A stretch of DNA of 51,670 nucleotides from SAR116 cluster bacterium (GTDB lineage Bacteria; Pseudomonadota; Alphaproteobacteria; Puniceispirillales; Marisalimonadaceae): positions 1 through 51,670 of the forward strand of contig JBELJF010000003.1 of assembly GCA_042090495.1 (NCBI GenBank), written 5' to 3'. Shown here in pieces: positions 26,274 to 37,775 of this stretch; the stretch's first letter is position 1, and each line of letters begins with the position of its first letter. Both the position numbers and the translations under genes were made by a program. The notes beneath the pieces were generated by a model. The model ran no database searches and was not told the DNA's origin. It worked only from the letters and a program-made list of their open reading frames with translations.

Positions 26274-28349
26274 ATGATTAATAAAATATTAATAGCAAAC
26301 CGTGGTGAGATTGCATGCAGGATAATTAAGACTGCTAAAAAAATGAAAATTAAGACAGTAGCTGTTTATTCAGATGCTGACAGATCGGCAGAGCATGTGA
26401 ATCTAGCGGATGAAGCAGTATATTTAGGTGGTTCTGCTGCATCTGAGAGTTACTTACGCGCTGATCTTATAATTAAGGCATGTAAAGAAAAAAAATGTGA
26501 CGCATTACATCCTGGTTATGGATTTCTATCAGAGAATGCTCAGTTCGCAGAATTATTGCAAAAAGAGGGCATCACTTTTATTGGGCCATCTAAATCTGCA
26601 ATAGCTTCTATGGGTGACAAAATAGAATCTAAAAAAATTGCTAAAGCTGCAGGTGTTAATACTGTTCCAGGCCATATAGGTATTATTGATAACGAAGATG
26701 AAGCAATTAAGATTGCAAATGAAATAGGTTATCCAGTGATGATTAAGGCTAGCGCAGGTGGTGGTGGCAAAGGTATGCGAATTGCCTTTTCAAAAGACCA
26801 AGTTGCTGAAAGTTTTGAGAGAGCTACCAGTGAGGCAATTAGTAGTTTTGGTGACAAACGTATTTTTATTGAAAAATTTATTACAGAACCAAGGCATATT
26901 GAAATTCAAATTTTAGCAGATAATTTTGGGAACATTATTCATCTTGGAGAAAGAGAGTGTTCAATTCAGAGAAGAAATCAAAAAGTAATTGAAGAGGCCC
27001 CATCACCTTTTTTAGACAAAAAAACAAGAAATGAAATGGGTAAACAGGCTATAAAATTAGCGCTAGAAGTAGGCTATTCTAGTGCTGGAACTGTAGAGTT
27101 TATCGTTGATAAAAATAAAAATTTTTATTTTCTTGAGATGAATACTCGATTGCAAGTAGAGCATCCAGTTACTGAATTGGTTACTGGGATAGATTTAGTT
27201 GAACAAATGATAAATGTTGCAAGTGGGAAAAAATTAGAAATAAAGCAGGAAGATGTTAGATTAAATGGTTCAGCAATTGAATCAAGAATATATGCTGAAA
27301 ACCCCTACAAAAACTTTTTACCATCCATTGGCAGATTAACAAAATATGACCCACCAAAAGAAAAAAAACATGATGATGGAACTCTTACAAGAAATGATAC
27401 AGGTGTAAAAGAGGGTGATGAGATCTCTATGTTTTATGACCCTATGATAGCTAAGCTATGTTCTTGGGGACAAACAAGAGAGATTTCGATTAAGAGAATG
27501 GAATCCGCCCTTGATAATTTTTTACTGGAAGGTATCGACCATAATATTCCTTTTTTATCTGCAATTTTAGCAAATAAAAGATTTAAATCAGGAGACTTGA
27601 GCACATCATTTATTCAAGAAGAGTATAATGAGGGTTTTAATGGTGTTTCTCCATCCGTAGAAGAAGAATGGTCATTAGCATCTCTTATAGTAGCTTATCA
27701 TGTTACAGAAACCATTAAAGATAATGAAAACTTCAAAGAAATTTCAGATGAATGGGAGATTCGTTTAAAATATAATAGTATGTTAAGCGATGATAGTATT
27801 TTAAGATTTAAAACAGAACTAATAGGTAATGAACAAAACCAAATAAAAATAAAGCCATTACCAAATAAAATTGTTACTGGAATAGTTGATGACTTTATTA
27901 CGATTAGTCTAGAAAAAGATTTTTCTAAAAAATTGGTGAGTGCCAATATACAATTATTTGATACATCTAAATCTGAGACAACTTATCCAAAAAAAATTCA
28001 GTGCAGAATAAGTTATAAAGATCCAAATCTTTATTTATCTTACAGAGGCACTTTAATTTCAACCACTGTCCTTCCAAAACATGTTGCTAAACAAATGCAG
28101 CATATGAAACCAATGAAAGTTGTAGATAAGTCAAACCTTTTAATATGTCCAATGCCTGGTAAATTAATTAAAGTTTTAGTCAAAGAAAATGATGTTGTTG
28201 AAGATGGCCAAGCTTTGTGTGTTGTTGAAGCAATGAAAATGGAGAACACTCTTATTGCTCCTAAAAAATGTAAAATTAGTAAAATTAATTTTAAAGAAAA
28301 TGATACCTTATCCGTTGATCATGTCATCATGGAATTTTTATTTAATTAG
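26274..28349 (+). CDS. pccA: Propionyl-CoA carboxylase alpha subunit (biotin carboxylase plus biotin carrier)
   Basis: KILIANRGEIACR, HPGYGFLSEN, KASAGGGGKGMR, FLEMNTRLQVEHPVTE, biotinyl site EAMKMEN. Confidence 0.93.
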   Translation: MINKILIANRGEIACRIIKTAKKMKIKTVAVYSDADRSAEHVNLADEAVYLGGSAASESYLRADLIIKACKEKKCDALHPGYGFLSENAQFAELLQKEGITFIGPSKSAIASMGDKIESKKIAKAAGVNTVPGHIGIIDNEDEAIKIANEIGYPVMIKASAGGGGKGMRIAFSKDQVAESFERATSEAISSFGDKRIFIEKFITEPRHIEIQILADNFGNIIHLGERECSIQRRNQKVIEEAPSPFLDKKTRNEMGKQAIKLALEVGYSSAGTVEFIVDKNKNFYFLEMNTRLQVEHPVTELVTGIDLVEQMINVASGKKLEIKQEDVRLNGSAIESRIYAENPYKNFLPSIGRLTKYDPPKEKKHDDGTLTRNDTGVKEGDEISMFYDPMIAKLCSWGQTREISIKRMESALDNFLLEGIDHNIPFLSAILANKRFKSGDLSTSFIQEEYNEGFNGVSPSVEEEWSLASLIVAYHVTETIKDNENFKEISDEWEIRLKYNSMLSDDSILRFKTELIGNEQNQIKIKPLPNKIVTGIVDDFITISLEKDFSKKLVSANIQLFDTSKSETTYPKKIQCRISYKDPNLYLSYRGTLISTTVLPKHVAKQMQHMKPMKVVDKSNLLICPMPGKLIKVLVKENDVVEDGQALCVVEAMKMENTLIAPKKCKISKINFKENDTLSVDHVIMEFLFN

Positions 28350-28372
28350 GTTTTTAAGATTTAGAGATATGT

Positions 28373-30550
28373 ATGAAAAAAGATAGTAGTTTAGAAAATT
28401 GGAAAAAAAATGCTCTTAATGAGTTAAAAAGAACAGAGATAGATAGCTTTGTTGTTGAAACCCCAGAAGGTATTGTTATTAAACCTTTATACACCTCCTC
28501 AGATGTTAATAGTTTAGAACATCTTGATACCATTCCTGGAGAAGCTCCATTTTTAAGGGGACCAAAGGCAACAATGTATACTGGTAGACCATGGACTGTA
28601 AGACAGTATGCTGGTTTTTCTACTGCTTCTGAGTCAAATGCATTCTATAAAAAAAACTTAGCTGCTGGTCAAAAGGGACTTTCAGTAGCCTTTGATTTAG
28701 CTACTCATAGAGGTTACGATTCAGACCATGAAAGAGTTTATGGAGATGTTGGTAAGGCAGGTGTAGCTATTGATAGTGTAGAAGATATGAAGATTTTATT
28801 TGATGGTATACCACTAGATAAAATGTCTGTTTCAATGACTATGAATGGTGCTGTTCTTCCAGTTTTAGCAGGCTATATTGTCGCTGCAGAAGAGCAAGGG
28901 GTAGATGTTGAAAAATTAAGCGGAACTATTCAAAATGATATTTTAAAAGAATTTATGGTTCGAAATACATATATATATCCTCCAGAACCCTCCATGAGAA
29001 TTGTTTCCGATATAATTCAATTCACATCAAAAAAAATGCCCAAATTTAATTCTATATCCATTTCGGGTTATCATATGCAAGAAGCTGGAGCCTCTTTAGT
29101 GCAGGAATTAGCCTTTACGTTGGCAGATGGCCTTGAATATATAAGAGCGGCAACTCAAAGGGGTTTGTTAGTTGATGATTTCGCTCCTAGACTATCTTTC
29201 TTCTTTGCCATAGGGATGAATTTTTTTATGGAGGCCGCAAAATTAAGAGCAGCACGCTATTTGTGGTCTAAATGGACTAAAAAACTGTTTGATTGTAAGA
29301 ACCCAAAATCACAAATGCTGAGAACACATTGCCAAACTTCCGGTGCCAGCCTTCAAGAACAAGACCCATATAATAATATTATTAGAACCACTGTTGAGGC
29401 TTTGGCAGCCACTTTAGGAGGAACACAATCCTTACACACTAATTCATTTGATGAGGCGATTGGCTTGCCAACTGAATTTTCAGCGAAGATTGCGAGGAAT
29501 ACCCAGCTAATTCTTCAATATGAAACAGGTATAACAGACACGGTTGATCCACTTGCTGGAAGTTACTTCGTTGAAAATTTGACAAAAGAATTAATAGACA
29601 AAGCTGATGAATTAATTGAAAAAATTGAAGGTATGGGAGGTATGACAGTAGCGGTGATTAATGGTTTTCCCAAATCAGAAATTGAAATATCTGCTACTAA
29701 ACGTCAGGCTAAAATTGATTCTGGTGAACAAGTTATTGTAGGAGTGAATAAATTTAAATCTGATCAGCAAGATCTTATTGATGTATTAGATATAGATAAC
29801 CAGGTAGTGCGTGAAGAGCAAATCACTAAACTAAATCAAATAAAAAATACTAGGAACGCTGTTAATGTGAATAATGCGCTAGATAATTTAAAAAAAGCTG
29901 CAGAAAATAATACTGGTAATTTATTAGAACTATCAATTGAAGCAGTCCGGGCAAGGGCAACTGTAGGAGAAATTTCTTTTGCTTTGGAAGAGATTTATGG
30001 AAGATATGGAGTTAAACAACAAGTCATAAAAGATGTTTACAAAAATACGTATTCTAACAAGGATGATTTTGTTGAAGTAGATAATGCGTTATCAAAATTT
30101 AAAAAAATTGCTGGAGAAAATCCTAAAATTTTCATGGCAAAACTAGGACAGGATGGTCATGATCGTGGAGCTAAAGTAATTGCTTCTGCATTTACTGATA
30201 TTGGATTTAATGTTGATATAGGTACTTTATTTCAAACACCTGCGGAGGCAGTCGAACAGGCGATTAAATCTAATGTTCATGTGATAGGAGTGTCTTCTTT
30301 AGCTGCAGGGCATAAAACTCTAATACCTGAGTTGATTCAAGAATTAAAAAATCGACATGCTGATGATATTTTAGTTGTATGTGGTGGAGTTATCCCATCA
30401 CAAGATTACCAGTTTTTATATGATGCTGGTGTTTCGGCTATATTTGGTCCAGGAACATCCATTCCTCATGCTGCTTCAACTACTATCAATAAGGCATCAG
30501 AACAATTAATGAGAATGCATAATTTTAGAAAGGCAAGGATCAGTAAATAA
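28373..30550 (+). CDS. scpA: Methylmalonyl-CoA mutase (B12-dependent)
   Basis: [33 protein letters not shown], cobalamin-binding [10 protein letters not shown]...SSLAAGH...GG. Confidence 0.95.
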   Translation: MKKDSSLENWKKNALNELKRTEIDSFVVETPEGIVIKPLYTSSDVNSLEHLDTIPGEAPFLRGPKATMYTGRPWTVRQYAGFSTASESNAFYKKNLAAGQKGLSVAFDLATHRGYDSDHERVYGDVGKAGVAIDSVEDMKILFDGIPLDKMSVSMTMNGAVLPVLAGYIVAAEEQGVDVEKLSGTIQNDILKEFMVRNTYIYPPEPSMRIVSDIIQFTSKKMPKFNSISISGYHMQEAGASLVQELAFTLADGLEYIRAATQRGLLVDDFAPRLSFFFAIGMNFFMEAAKLRAARYLWSKWTKKLFDCKNPKSQMLRTHCQTSGASLQEQDPYNNIIRTTVEALAATLGGTQSLHTNSFDEAIGLPTEFSAKIARNTQLILQYETGITDTVDPLAGSYFVENLTKELIDKADELIEKIEGMGGMTVAVINGFPKSEIEISATKRQAKIDSGEQVIVGVNKFKSDQQDLIDVLDIDNQVVREEQITKLNQIKNTRNAVNVNNALDNLKKAAENNTGNLLELSIEAVRARATVGEISFALEEIYGRYGVKQQVIKDVYKNTYSNKDDFVEVDNALSKFKKIAGENPKIFMAKLGQDGHDRGAKVIASAFTDIGFNVDIGTLFQTPAEAVEQAIKSNVHVIGVSSLAAGHKTLIPELIQELKNRHADDILVVCGGVIPSQDYQFLYDAGVSAIFGPGTSIPHAASTTINKASEQLMRMHNFRKARISK

Positions 30551-30561
30551 GTTCATGGAGA

Positions 30562-32454
30562 GTGTTTTTGGGATCGTATAAAAAGATTTATGAAAGCTGG
30601 AAAGAGGATCAGCTAAAATTTTGGAAAGAACAAAGTGAAGATATTAGTTGGGATAAAAAACCACAGAAAATTTTAGATGGTTCCAAGTCACCTTTTTATA
30701 ATTGGTTTCCTGACGCTAGTTTAAATACTTGTTATAATGCCATTGATAGACATGTTTTATCTGGAAGAGGGAATCAAATCGCTATTATATATGATAGTCC
30801 TGTAACAGATGTAAAAAAAAAAATTACTTATGAACAATTACAAAGCCAAATCATTCAATTTTCTGGTGCGCTTAAAAAATTAGGTGTAGTTAAAGGCGAC
30901 CGTGTAATAGTTTATATGCCTATGATACCAGAAGCTGTCGTGGCTATGTTAGCGTGTGCTAGGATTGGGGCAATTCATTCAGTTGTTTTTGGTGGATTTG
31001 CATCAAATGAATTGGCTACGCGTATTGATGATTGCCAACCTAAGGTTGTTGTGTCGGCTTCTTGTGGTCATGAAGCAAGTAAAATAATAAAATATAAACC
31101 TCTTCTTGATAAAGCAGTTGAGATTGCCAAACATAAAGTAGAAAAGTGTATTATCTATCAAAGAAAATCGGTCAAGGCATCTTTGATTTTAGGACAAGAT
31201 ATAGACTGGAATGATGCTATAAAAGATGTCACTTCACCTGAACCAATAAGTGTGGAGGCTAATCATCCTCTATACATTTTATATACTTCAGGAACAACTG
31301 GTAAACCAAAAGGTGTTGTAAGAGATAATGGTGGTCATGCTGTGTCTCTAAATTGGTCAATGAAAAATATTTATAATGTAAAACCTGGAGATGTGTATTG
31401 GGCTGCTTCTGATATTGGCTGGGTAGTAGGGCATTCATATATCGTATATGCACCACTAATTCATGGTTGCACGTCTGTCTTGTTTGAGGGTAAGCCAGTT
31501 GGCACTCCAGATGCAGGAACTTTTTGGAGAATAATCTCGGAATATAAAGTTCGGGTTTTATTCACTGCACCCACAGCGTTAAGAGCGGTAAAGAGAGACG
31601 ATCCAAATGGTGATTTTATTAAAAAGTATGATTTATCTAGTTTACAATCTTTATTCCTTGCTGGAGAACGTGCGGATCCAGACACAGTGTCCTGGTTAGA
31701 AAATAAATTAAAAATACCAATAGTCGATCATTGGTGGCAAACTGAAACAGGATGGCCTATTGCTGCAAACCCTATGGGTATAGAGGCTTTGCCAATAAAA
31801 AAAGGTTCTCCGACAGTAGCAATGCCAGGGTACAATATTGATGTATTATCAGAAGATAATATTGAGGTTGAAAGAGGATCTTTAGGTGCAATTTCAATAA
31901 AACTTCCATTGCCGCCTGGTTCTTTGCCGACATTATGGAATGCCGATGAAAGATATATAGAATCATATCTAACATCGTTTCCTGGATATTATGAAACAGG
32001 TGACGCAGGTTATCAGGATAAAGACGGTTATTTATATATTATGTCAAGAACTGATGATGTTATTAATGTTGCAGGACATAGGCTTTCAACTGGAGCAATG
32101 GAAGAAGTTTTATCAGACCATAAAGATGTTGCGGAATGTGCTGTTATTGGGGTATCAGATCAACTCAAAGGTCAAGTGCCATTGGGTCTTGTATGTTTGA
32201 ATAAAGGCTGTAATAAATCAGACGAGACTATTGCTGAAGAAATAATAACTTTAGTTAGAAATGAGATTGGCCCTGTGGCTTCTTTTAAATTAGTTGCGGT
32301 TGTTCAAGCTTTGCCAAAAACAAGGTCAGGAAAAATTTTACGATCCACAATTCGAAAAATAGCAGATAAGTTGAAGTGGGAAATGCCTGCCACGGTAGAT
32401 GATCCAATGGTGTTCGAAGATATCAAGAAAAAATTAGATGAACTTAGACAATAA
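30562..32454 (+). CDS. prpE: Propionyl-CoA synthetase
   Basis: [63 protein letters not shown]; GTG start after GGAG; follows the mutase. Confidence 0.88.
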   Translation: MFLGSYKKIYESWKEDQLKFWKEQSEDISWDKKPQKILDGSKSPFYNWFPDASLNTCYNAIDRHVLSGRGNQIAIIYDSPVTDVKKKITYEQLQSQIIQFSGALKKLGVVKGDRVIVYMPMIPEAVVAMLACARIGAIHSVVFGGFASNELATRIDDCQPKVVVSASCGHEASKIIKYKPLLDKAVEIAKHKVEKCIIYQRKSVKASLILGQDIDWNDAIKDVTSPEPISVEANHPLYILYTSGTTGKPKGVVRDNGGHAVSLNWSMKNIYNVKPGDVYWAASDIGWVVGHSYIVYAPLIHGCTSVLFEGKPVGTPDAGTFWRIISEYKVRVLFTAPTALRAVKRDDPNGDFIKKYDLSSLQSLFLAGERADPDTVSWLENKLKIPIVDHWWQTETGWPIAANPMGIEALPIKKGSPTVAMPGYNIDVLSEDNIEVERGSLGAISIKLPLPPGSLPTLWNADERYIESYLTSFPGYYETGDAGYQDKDGYLYIMSRTDDVINVAGHRLSTGAMEEVLSDHKDVAECAVIGVSDQLKGQVPLGLVCLNKGCNKSDETIAEEIITLVRNEIGPVASFKLVAVVQALPKTRSGKILRSTIRKIADKLKWEMPATVDDPMVFEDIKKKLDELRQ

Positions 32455-32462
32455 CGATACTA

Positions 32463-33476
32463 TTATGAAACTTTCATAATGTATTTACCGACATGTTCTC
32501 CCTTTTCGAGAGCTATATGTGCATCAACTGCTTCGTTTAATTTAAACTCGTGTTCAATTATTGGCTTTATTTGACTAGATTCTAGCCATTGCCAAGCATT
32601 TTTATAAAGGCTTTTCACATAATCTGCTTTTGATTGTGTTGATTGTGGTCTTAGAGTAGAGCCGGTTATTGTTTGTCTTTTTATCATCAGATTTGCAAAA
32701 TTAACTTCATCTTTTATACCACCTTGAACAGCAATAATTATTAACCTGCCATCAAAATTCAAACATTTTAGATTTCTAGGAACATAGCTACCGGCAACCA
32801 TGTCCAAAATCACATCAACTCCCTCATTGTTAGTAATTTTCTTAATTTCATCTTCAAACTGAGTAGTTTTATAATTAATACACTTAATGGCACCTAATTT
32901 TTCAACAGCTTTGCATTTTTTTTCATTTCCTGCAGTGGCGTAAACCTTAGCTCCAAAACAAGTTGCAAGTTGGATTGCGGTAGTACCAATACCACTTGCT
33001 CCTCCATGAATAAGAACTTTTTCGTTTTTAGATAACATTCCTCTCATGAATAGGTTACTCCACACCGTGATGAATGTTTCAGGTATACATGCGGCTTCTT
33101 GCATTGAATAATTTTCTGGTATTGGCATACAATGGCCTGCGTCTACTGCCACATACTCTGCATATCCACCTCCATGGCATAGAGCGCAGACTTTGTCTCC
33201 AATATTAAATTTAATATTTGACCCATTTAGAGCCACAATAATACCTGATACTTCTAAGCCAGGTAGATCAGAGGCAGTTTCAGGAACTTTGTAATTGCCT
33301 TGCCTTTGCAATAAATCAGGTCGGTTCACACCGGAATATGAGACTTTAATTAATACCTGATTTTCTGAAAGTGTTGGAGTAAGTCTACTACATAGTCTAA
33401 GGTTTTCTGGCCCACCATATGCAGAAATTTCTACTGCTTGCATTTTCTCTGGAATTATAAAATTTTCATTATTCAT
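32463..33476 (-). CDS. NAD(P)H-quinone oxidoreductase, PIG3 family
   Basis: GVNRPDLLQRQGNY, PGLEVSG, GGGYAEY, PETF.TVWSN.F, HGGASGIGTTAIQLA, ITGSTLR, H.GK. Confidence 0.9.
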   Translation of the reverse strand: MNNENFIIPEKMQAVEISAYGGPENLRLCSRLTPTLSENQVLIKVSYSGVNRPDLLQRQGNYKVPETASDLPGLEVSGIIVALNGSNIKFNIGDKVCALCHGGGYAEYVAVDAGHCMPIPENYSMQEAACIPETFITVWSNLFMRGMLSKNEKVLIHGGASGIGTTAIQLATCFGAKVYATAGNEKKCKAVEKLGAIKCINYKTTQFEDEIKKITNNEGVDVILDMVAGSYVPRNLKCLNFDGRLIIIAVQGGIKDEVNFANLMIKRQTITGSTLRPQSTQSKADYVKSLYKNAWQWLESSQIKPIIEHEFKLNEAVDAHIALEKGEHVGKYIMKVS

Positions 33477-33578
33477 AACATGCTCCTAATAAAATAAGAA
33501 ATTGCCCTAATTAGGTCTTTATTAGTCAAACTATAGCCACTTATTTATGTTTTTATACAAAAAGTAAAGGAGAATAGA

Positions 33579-33806
33579 ATGATATTTTTTATTGCATTTA
33601 TTTCAATGATGGCTTTAGAAGAGCCTCATGTTAAAAATTTTTTAGTAGAAGCATCTAAATCGGGTTCAATTGAGTATGAATTTGTTAAGCCTGTTAAATG
33701 CAAATCAGGAAAATATAAAGATACTTACGTAATAGCTCAAAACGAAAGAGTGGTATTGAAGCAAAAATCAAAAGATGGGAGTGTTGGCCCTATTTGTATT
33801 AAATAA
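33579..33806 (+). CDS. Small hypothetical protein (75 aa)
   Basis: Strong SD AAGGAG; fills the gap between two minus-strand genes; short hydrophobic N-terminus; two Cys. Confidence 0.65.
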   Translation: MIFFIAFISMMALEEPHVKNFLVEASKSGSIEYEFVKPVKCKSGKYKDTYVIAQNERVVLKQKSKDGSVGPICIK

Positions 33807-33812
33807 AAGATT

Positions 33813-35039
33813 CTAGTTTGATTTTTCAATCATTTTTTTGACTCTAAGTCTTAAGGCTTGTAATTTTATAAAACCCTCAGCGTCATACTGATTATAATCT
33901 GCTGTTCCTTCTTCGAAAGTTACTAGACTTTCGCTATACAAAGAATAAGGTGATTTTCTTCCAGTTATGATCACATTCCCTTTATATAATTTAGCTCTTA
34001 CAGTTCCGGAGACATTTTTCTGGCTAATATCAATTGACGCTTGAAGCATTTCTCTTTCAGGAGAAAACCAGAACCCATTATATATCAATTCTGCATATTT
34101 GGGCATTAATTCATCTTTTAGATGCGCGGCACCTTTATCTAATGTGATAGACTCAATAGCTCTCCTCATATGAAAAAGTATTGTACCACCAGGTGTTTCA
34201 TAAACACCTCTGGATTTCATACCAATAAATCTGTTTTCAACTAAATCGATTCTACCTATTCCATTTTCTCCACCTAAAACATTCAATTTATGCAACATTT
34301 TAGCTGGAGATAATTCTTCACCGTTTAAAGAAACAGGGTCACCATTTAAAAACTCTAGTAAAATTTCAGTTGGTTTGTCAGGAGCTTCAAAAGGAGATTT
34401 AGTTCTAGAATACACAAACTCCTCTGGTTCTTTCCAGGGATCTTCAAGAACTTTACCTTCGGCTGAAATATGCAAAAGATTTGCATCCACACTAAATGGT
34501 GCTTCACCTCTTTTATCTTTTGGAACTTTAATTTGATTTTTCTCAGCATAGTCAATTAGGCTTGTTCTACTTGTGAGATTCCATTCTCGCCATGGTGCTA
34601 TAACTTTTATATTTGGTTGTAAACTATAATATCCAATTTCAAATCTTACTTGATCATTACCTTTTCCTGTTGCACCGTGCGAAACGGCATCAGCTCCAGT
34701 TAAGTTAGCAATTTCAATTTGTCTTTTTGCTATGAGAGGTCTGGCAATGGATGTGCCTAATAAATAAACACCCTCATAAAGAGCATTAGCTCTAAACATT
34801 GGAAAAACAAAATCTTTGACAAACTCTTCTTTTAAATCATCAATGAAAATTTCTTTTACACCTAATGCTTTTGCTTTTTCTCTTGCAGGTTCTACCTCTT
34901 CTCCCTGACCAATATCAGCAGTGAAAGTGACAACTTCACATTTATAATTATCTCTTAACCATTTTAAAATGACTGAGGTATCTAAACCTCCAGAATAAGC
35001 TAGTACAACTTTTTTTATATCAGGGGATTCCTTTAACAT
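33813..35039 (-). CDS. argG: Argininosuccinate synthase
   Basis: [55 protein letters not shown]. Likely start ATG 35039 after AAGGA. Confidence 0.96.
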   Translation of the reverse strand: MLKESPDIKKVVLAYSGGLDTSVILKWLRDNYKCEVVTFTADIGQGEEVEPAREKAKALGVKEIFIDDLKEEFVKDFVFPMFRANALYEGVYLLGTSIARPLIAKRQIEIANLTGADAVSHGATGKGNDQVRFEIGYYSLQPNIKVIAPWREWNLTSRTSLIDYAEKNQIKVPKDKRGEAPFSVDANLLHISAEGKVLEDPWKEPEEFVYSRTKSPFEAPDKPTEILLEFLNGDPVSLNGEELSPAKMLHKLNVLGGENGIGRIDLVENRFIGMKSRGVYETPGGTILFHMRRAIESITLDKGAAHLKDELMPKYAELIYNGFWFSPEREMLQASIDISQKNVSGTVRAKLYKGNVIITGRKSPYSLYSESLVTFEEGTADYNQYDAEGFIKLQALRLRVKKMIEKSN

Positions 35040-35254
35040 TTTGTTCCTTAAATAATTAATTTGTGAAATCAGATGCAAAATTTTTTACATAATTACTCTA
35101 AATCACACTTTTTGTAAAAAAATAATTATACCGTAAGATTTTAAGGATCGTAGGGGTTGTAAGTAAACTGAATTATTGTTACTTATTTATTATGCTGAAA
35201 TTAAACTGTGGTCTCAAAATTGCATCTATTTATAGAATTAAAATGGGAATTATA

Positions 35255-35770
35255 ATGAAAATCATTAGATTACTATTTCTATCAACAGTTTTAATCCTAG
35301 GTAATTTTATTTCTAAAATTTCATTTGCAGAAACAAACTTGCTCGGATCAGAAAAAAATTGGAGAGCCTACTCTACAATAAAAGGTAAGTCTAAAACATG
35401 TTTTATCACTTCTGAACCAATTAAAACAGAAGGTAAATTCAATAAAGACAATAGAGGTAAACCCTATGTTTTTGTCACAAACATTAAGGGTGGAAGTACA
35501 CATGAGGTATCTATAAAGGCTGGGTTTAACTTCAAACGTAATAAAGACGTTATTTTTGATGTAGATGGAAAAAAAACCAATTTGTTTCCTGTAGATGATA
35601 GAGCATGGTCAGAAAGTTCAAAAATAGATAGATTTCTTGTTCAATCAATGAGAAAAGGAAAATTATTAAAAGTAACTGGCACATCTACTCCTGGAAATAA
35701 GATTGTTGACACTTATTCACTTTTAGGTTTTACGAAAGCCCTGCGACTTATTGATAAAAGTTGTTCTTAA
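35255..35770 (+). CDS. Invasion-associated locus B (IalB)-like secreted protein
   Basis: Signal peptide; W.AY......CF..S.P, R...YVFVT, AW......LV..M.KG....V.G.S..G....DTYSL.GFT.A...I...C; sits upstream of rlmN. Confidence 0.78.
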   Translation: MKIIRLLFLSTVLILGNFISKISFAETNLLGSEKNWRAYSTIKGKSKTCFITSEPIKTEGKFNKDNRGKPYVFVTNIKGGSTHEVSIKAGFNFKRNKDVIFDVDGKKTNLFPVDDRAWSESSKIDRFLVQSMRKGKLLKVTGTSTPGNKIVDTYSLLGFTKALRLIDKSCS

Positions 35771-35799
35771 TCAACTTTTTTTAAGAAAGCATTAATAAT

Positions 35800-36903
35800 A
35801 TGTCTTCGTTCAAACAAAATTTACTAGATTTTAGTTTTGAAGAACTACAGGACTTTTGTATTTCTAACGAACTTCCAAAATTTAGAGCTACTCAGATCTG
35901 GAGATGGATCTACTGTTTTGGAACCCAAGCTTTTGAAGATATGAAAAATATTTCAAAATCTGATAAAGAATTTTTGAATGAAATTTCTTACATCTCAAGA
36001 TTAAGTATTTCTGAAATGCATAAAAGTAAAGACGGCACAATTAAATGGCTAATTAAGCTGAATGATAATTCTGAAATAGAAACAGTTTATATACCGCAAG
36101 ATGACAGAGGAACTGTTTGCTTATCTAGTCAAGTTGGTTGCACTTTAAATTGCTCATTTTGTCATACTGGTACACAGGCATTAGTAAGAAACTTAACTGC
36201 TGGTGAAATAGTTGGGCAATTAATGCTGGTTATGGATCATTTAAAAGACTGGCCATCTGGTAAAAATGGGAGAAAAGTTACGAATATTGTTATGATGGGC
36301 ATGGGTGAGCCTTTACTAAATTATGACGAAGTCAGTAAATCCATAAAAATAATGATGTCAGATGATGGAATATCTATTTCTAGAAGACGAATAACTTTGT
36401 CAACATCTGGTATAATTCCATTTATTAATAAAGCAGGTGCTGATTTGGGAGTAAACTTAGCTATCTCTCTTCATGCAGTTAATGATGAATTAAGAAATAA
36501 ATTAGTTCCAATCAATAAAAAATATAATTTAGAAGAATTAATAAATGCCTGTAGAAATTATCCTAAATTATCAAATTCAAGAAGAATTACATGGGAATAT
36601 GTAATGTTAAAAGACATTAATGACTCAGAGGATGATGCAAAAAACTTAGTTAAATTAATCTCTGGCATACCATCTAAAATTAATCTAATTCCATTTAATC
36701 CTTGGCCAGGTTCTTTATTTGAAACTTCTACAAATAGAAAAATAGATAATTTTGCCAAAATAATTATGGATGCAGGTTTTGCATCACCAATCAGAAAGCC
36801 GCGAGGCCAAGACATTTATGCAGCTTGTGGTCAACTAAAATCTGAAACAGAAAAAATAAGAAAATCACAAATAAATAAGCTTGTCCCCTTACACACCGTC
36901 TAA
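35800..36903 (+). CDS. rlmN: 23S rRNA (A2503-C2) methyltransferase
   Basis: CLSSQVGCTLNCSFCHTG radical-SAM motif, MGMGEP, ISLHA, NLIPFNPW, RG.DI.AACGQL. Confidence 0.96.
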   Translation: MSSFKQNLLDFSFEELQDFCISNELPKFRATQIWRWIYCFGTQAFEDMKNISKSDKEFLNEISYISRLSISEMHKSKDGTIKWLIKLNDNSEIETVYIPQDDRGTVCLSSQVGCTLNCSFCHTGTQALVRNLTAGEIVGQLMLVMDHLKDWPSGKNGRKVTNIVMMGMGEPLLNYDEVSKSIKIMMSDDGISISRRRITLSTSGIIPFINKAGADLGVNLAISLHAVNDELRNKLVPINKKYNLEELINACRNYPKLSNSRRITWEYVMLKDINDSEDDAKNLVKLISGIPSKINLIPFNPWPGSLFETSTNRKIDNFAKIIMDAGFASPIRKPRGQDIYAACGQLKSETEKIRKSQINKLVPLHTV

Positions 36904-37000
36904 ATAAATTTCAATATTAAATTTTTATGAAACTATTGCTTTAGACGGTATTAGCTATTACATTAATATCAATAATTAATTTCAAAAGGAAAATATGTAA

Positions 37001-37729
37001 ATGAATAACAATCGTTTCATGTCAAGTTCAAATGCTCAAGCTACCCAAATAGATTTGGGTCTTAGATCATATATGCTTGGTGTTTACAACCATATGACAA
37101 CAGCTCTGGCATTAACAGGCTTCATGGCTATGGGATTAAACTTTCTTGCTATTTCTAATGGTGCATTAACACCCATTGGCGAATTATTTTTCTTAAGCCC
37201 TCTTAAGTGGGTAGTTATGTTAGCTCCACTAGGAATGGTTTTTTATATCTCAGCAAGAATAAATAGTATATCAGCTGAAAAGGCTAGAAGCTTATTTTAT
37301 GTATACGCTGGTCTAATGGGACTTTCATTGTCGTCCTTATTGTTAGTATATACGGGTGCTTCTGTAGTTAGAGCCTTTTTTGTAACTGCTGCCGCTTTTG
37401 CTGCGCTATCTTTATATGGTTATACTACAAAAAAATCCCTTTCTGGTTTAGGTTCATTTTTAATGATGGGTGTTTTTGGACTTATTATAGCCCAAATAGT
37501 TAACATCTTTATGGCATCAACACAGTTAGATTTTATGATATCTATAATTGGTGTTTTAATTTTTGCAGGATTAACTGCTTATGACACTCAAAAAATTAAA
37601 AACATGTACCTAGCTGGTGATAATGATGAAACCGCTGGGAAAAAATCAGTGATGGGTGCTTTAACTCTTTATCTTGACTTCATCCTAATGTTTCAATTCT
37701 TACTCGCATTTTTAGGAAATCGTGAATAA
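37001..37729 (+). CDS. Bax inhibitor-1/YccA family membrane protein
   Basis: GLRSYML.VYN.M, LSLYGYTTKK.LS, AGLTAYDTQKIK, GAL.LYLDFI..F.FLL...G.RE. Confidence 0.92.
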   Translation: MNNNRFMSSSNAQATQIDLGLRSYMLGVYNHMTTALALTGFMAMGLNFLAISNGALTPIGELFFLSPLKWVVMLAPLGMVFYISARINSISAEKARSLFYVYAGLMGLSLSSLLLVYTGASVVRAFFVTAAAFAALSLYGYTTKKSLSGLGSFLMMGVFGLIIAQIVNIFMASTQLDFMISIIGVLIFAGLTAYDTQKIKNMYLAGDNDETAGKKSVMGALTLYLDFILMFQFLLAFLGNRE

Positions 37730-37750
37730 TTCTTGAAATATCTAAATTAT

Positions 37751-37775
37751 AAAAAGCCATCTTTGATGGCTTTTT
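37751..37775. terminator. Bidirectional rho-independent terminator
   Basis: AAAAAGCCATC-TTT-GATGGCTTTTT, a perfect 11-bp stem with A/T tracts on both sides, between the convergent YccA and GPx genes. Confidence 0.85.

Noticed and set aside
32463-33476. Acryloyl-CoA reductase AcuI next to prpE
   Set aside because: The motifs (GVNRPDLLQRQG.Y, PETF.TVWSN, GSTLR) are PIG3-type. AcuI/YhdH motifs (NYKD, GTAG.TA, LRGV...G.DSV) are absent.
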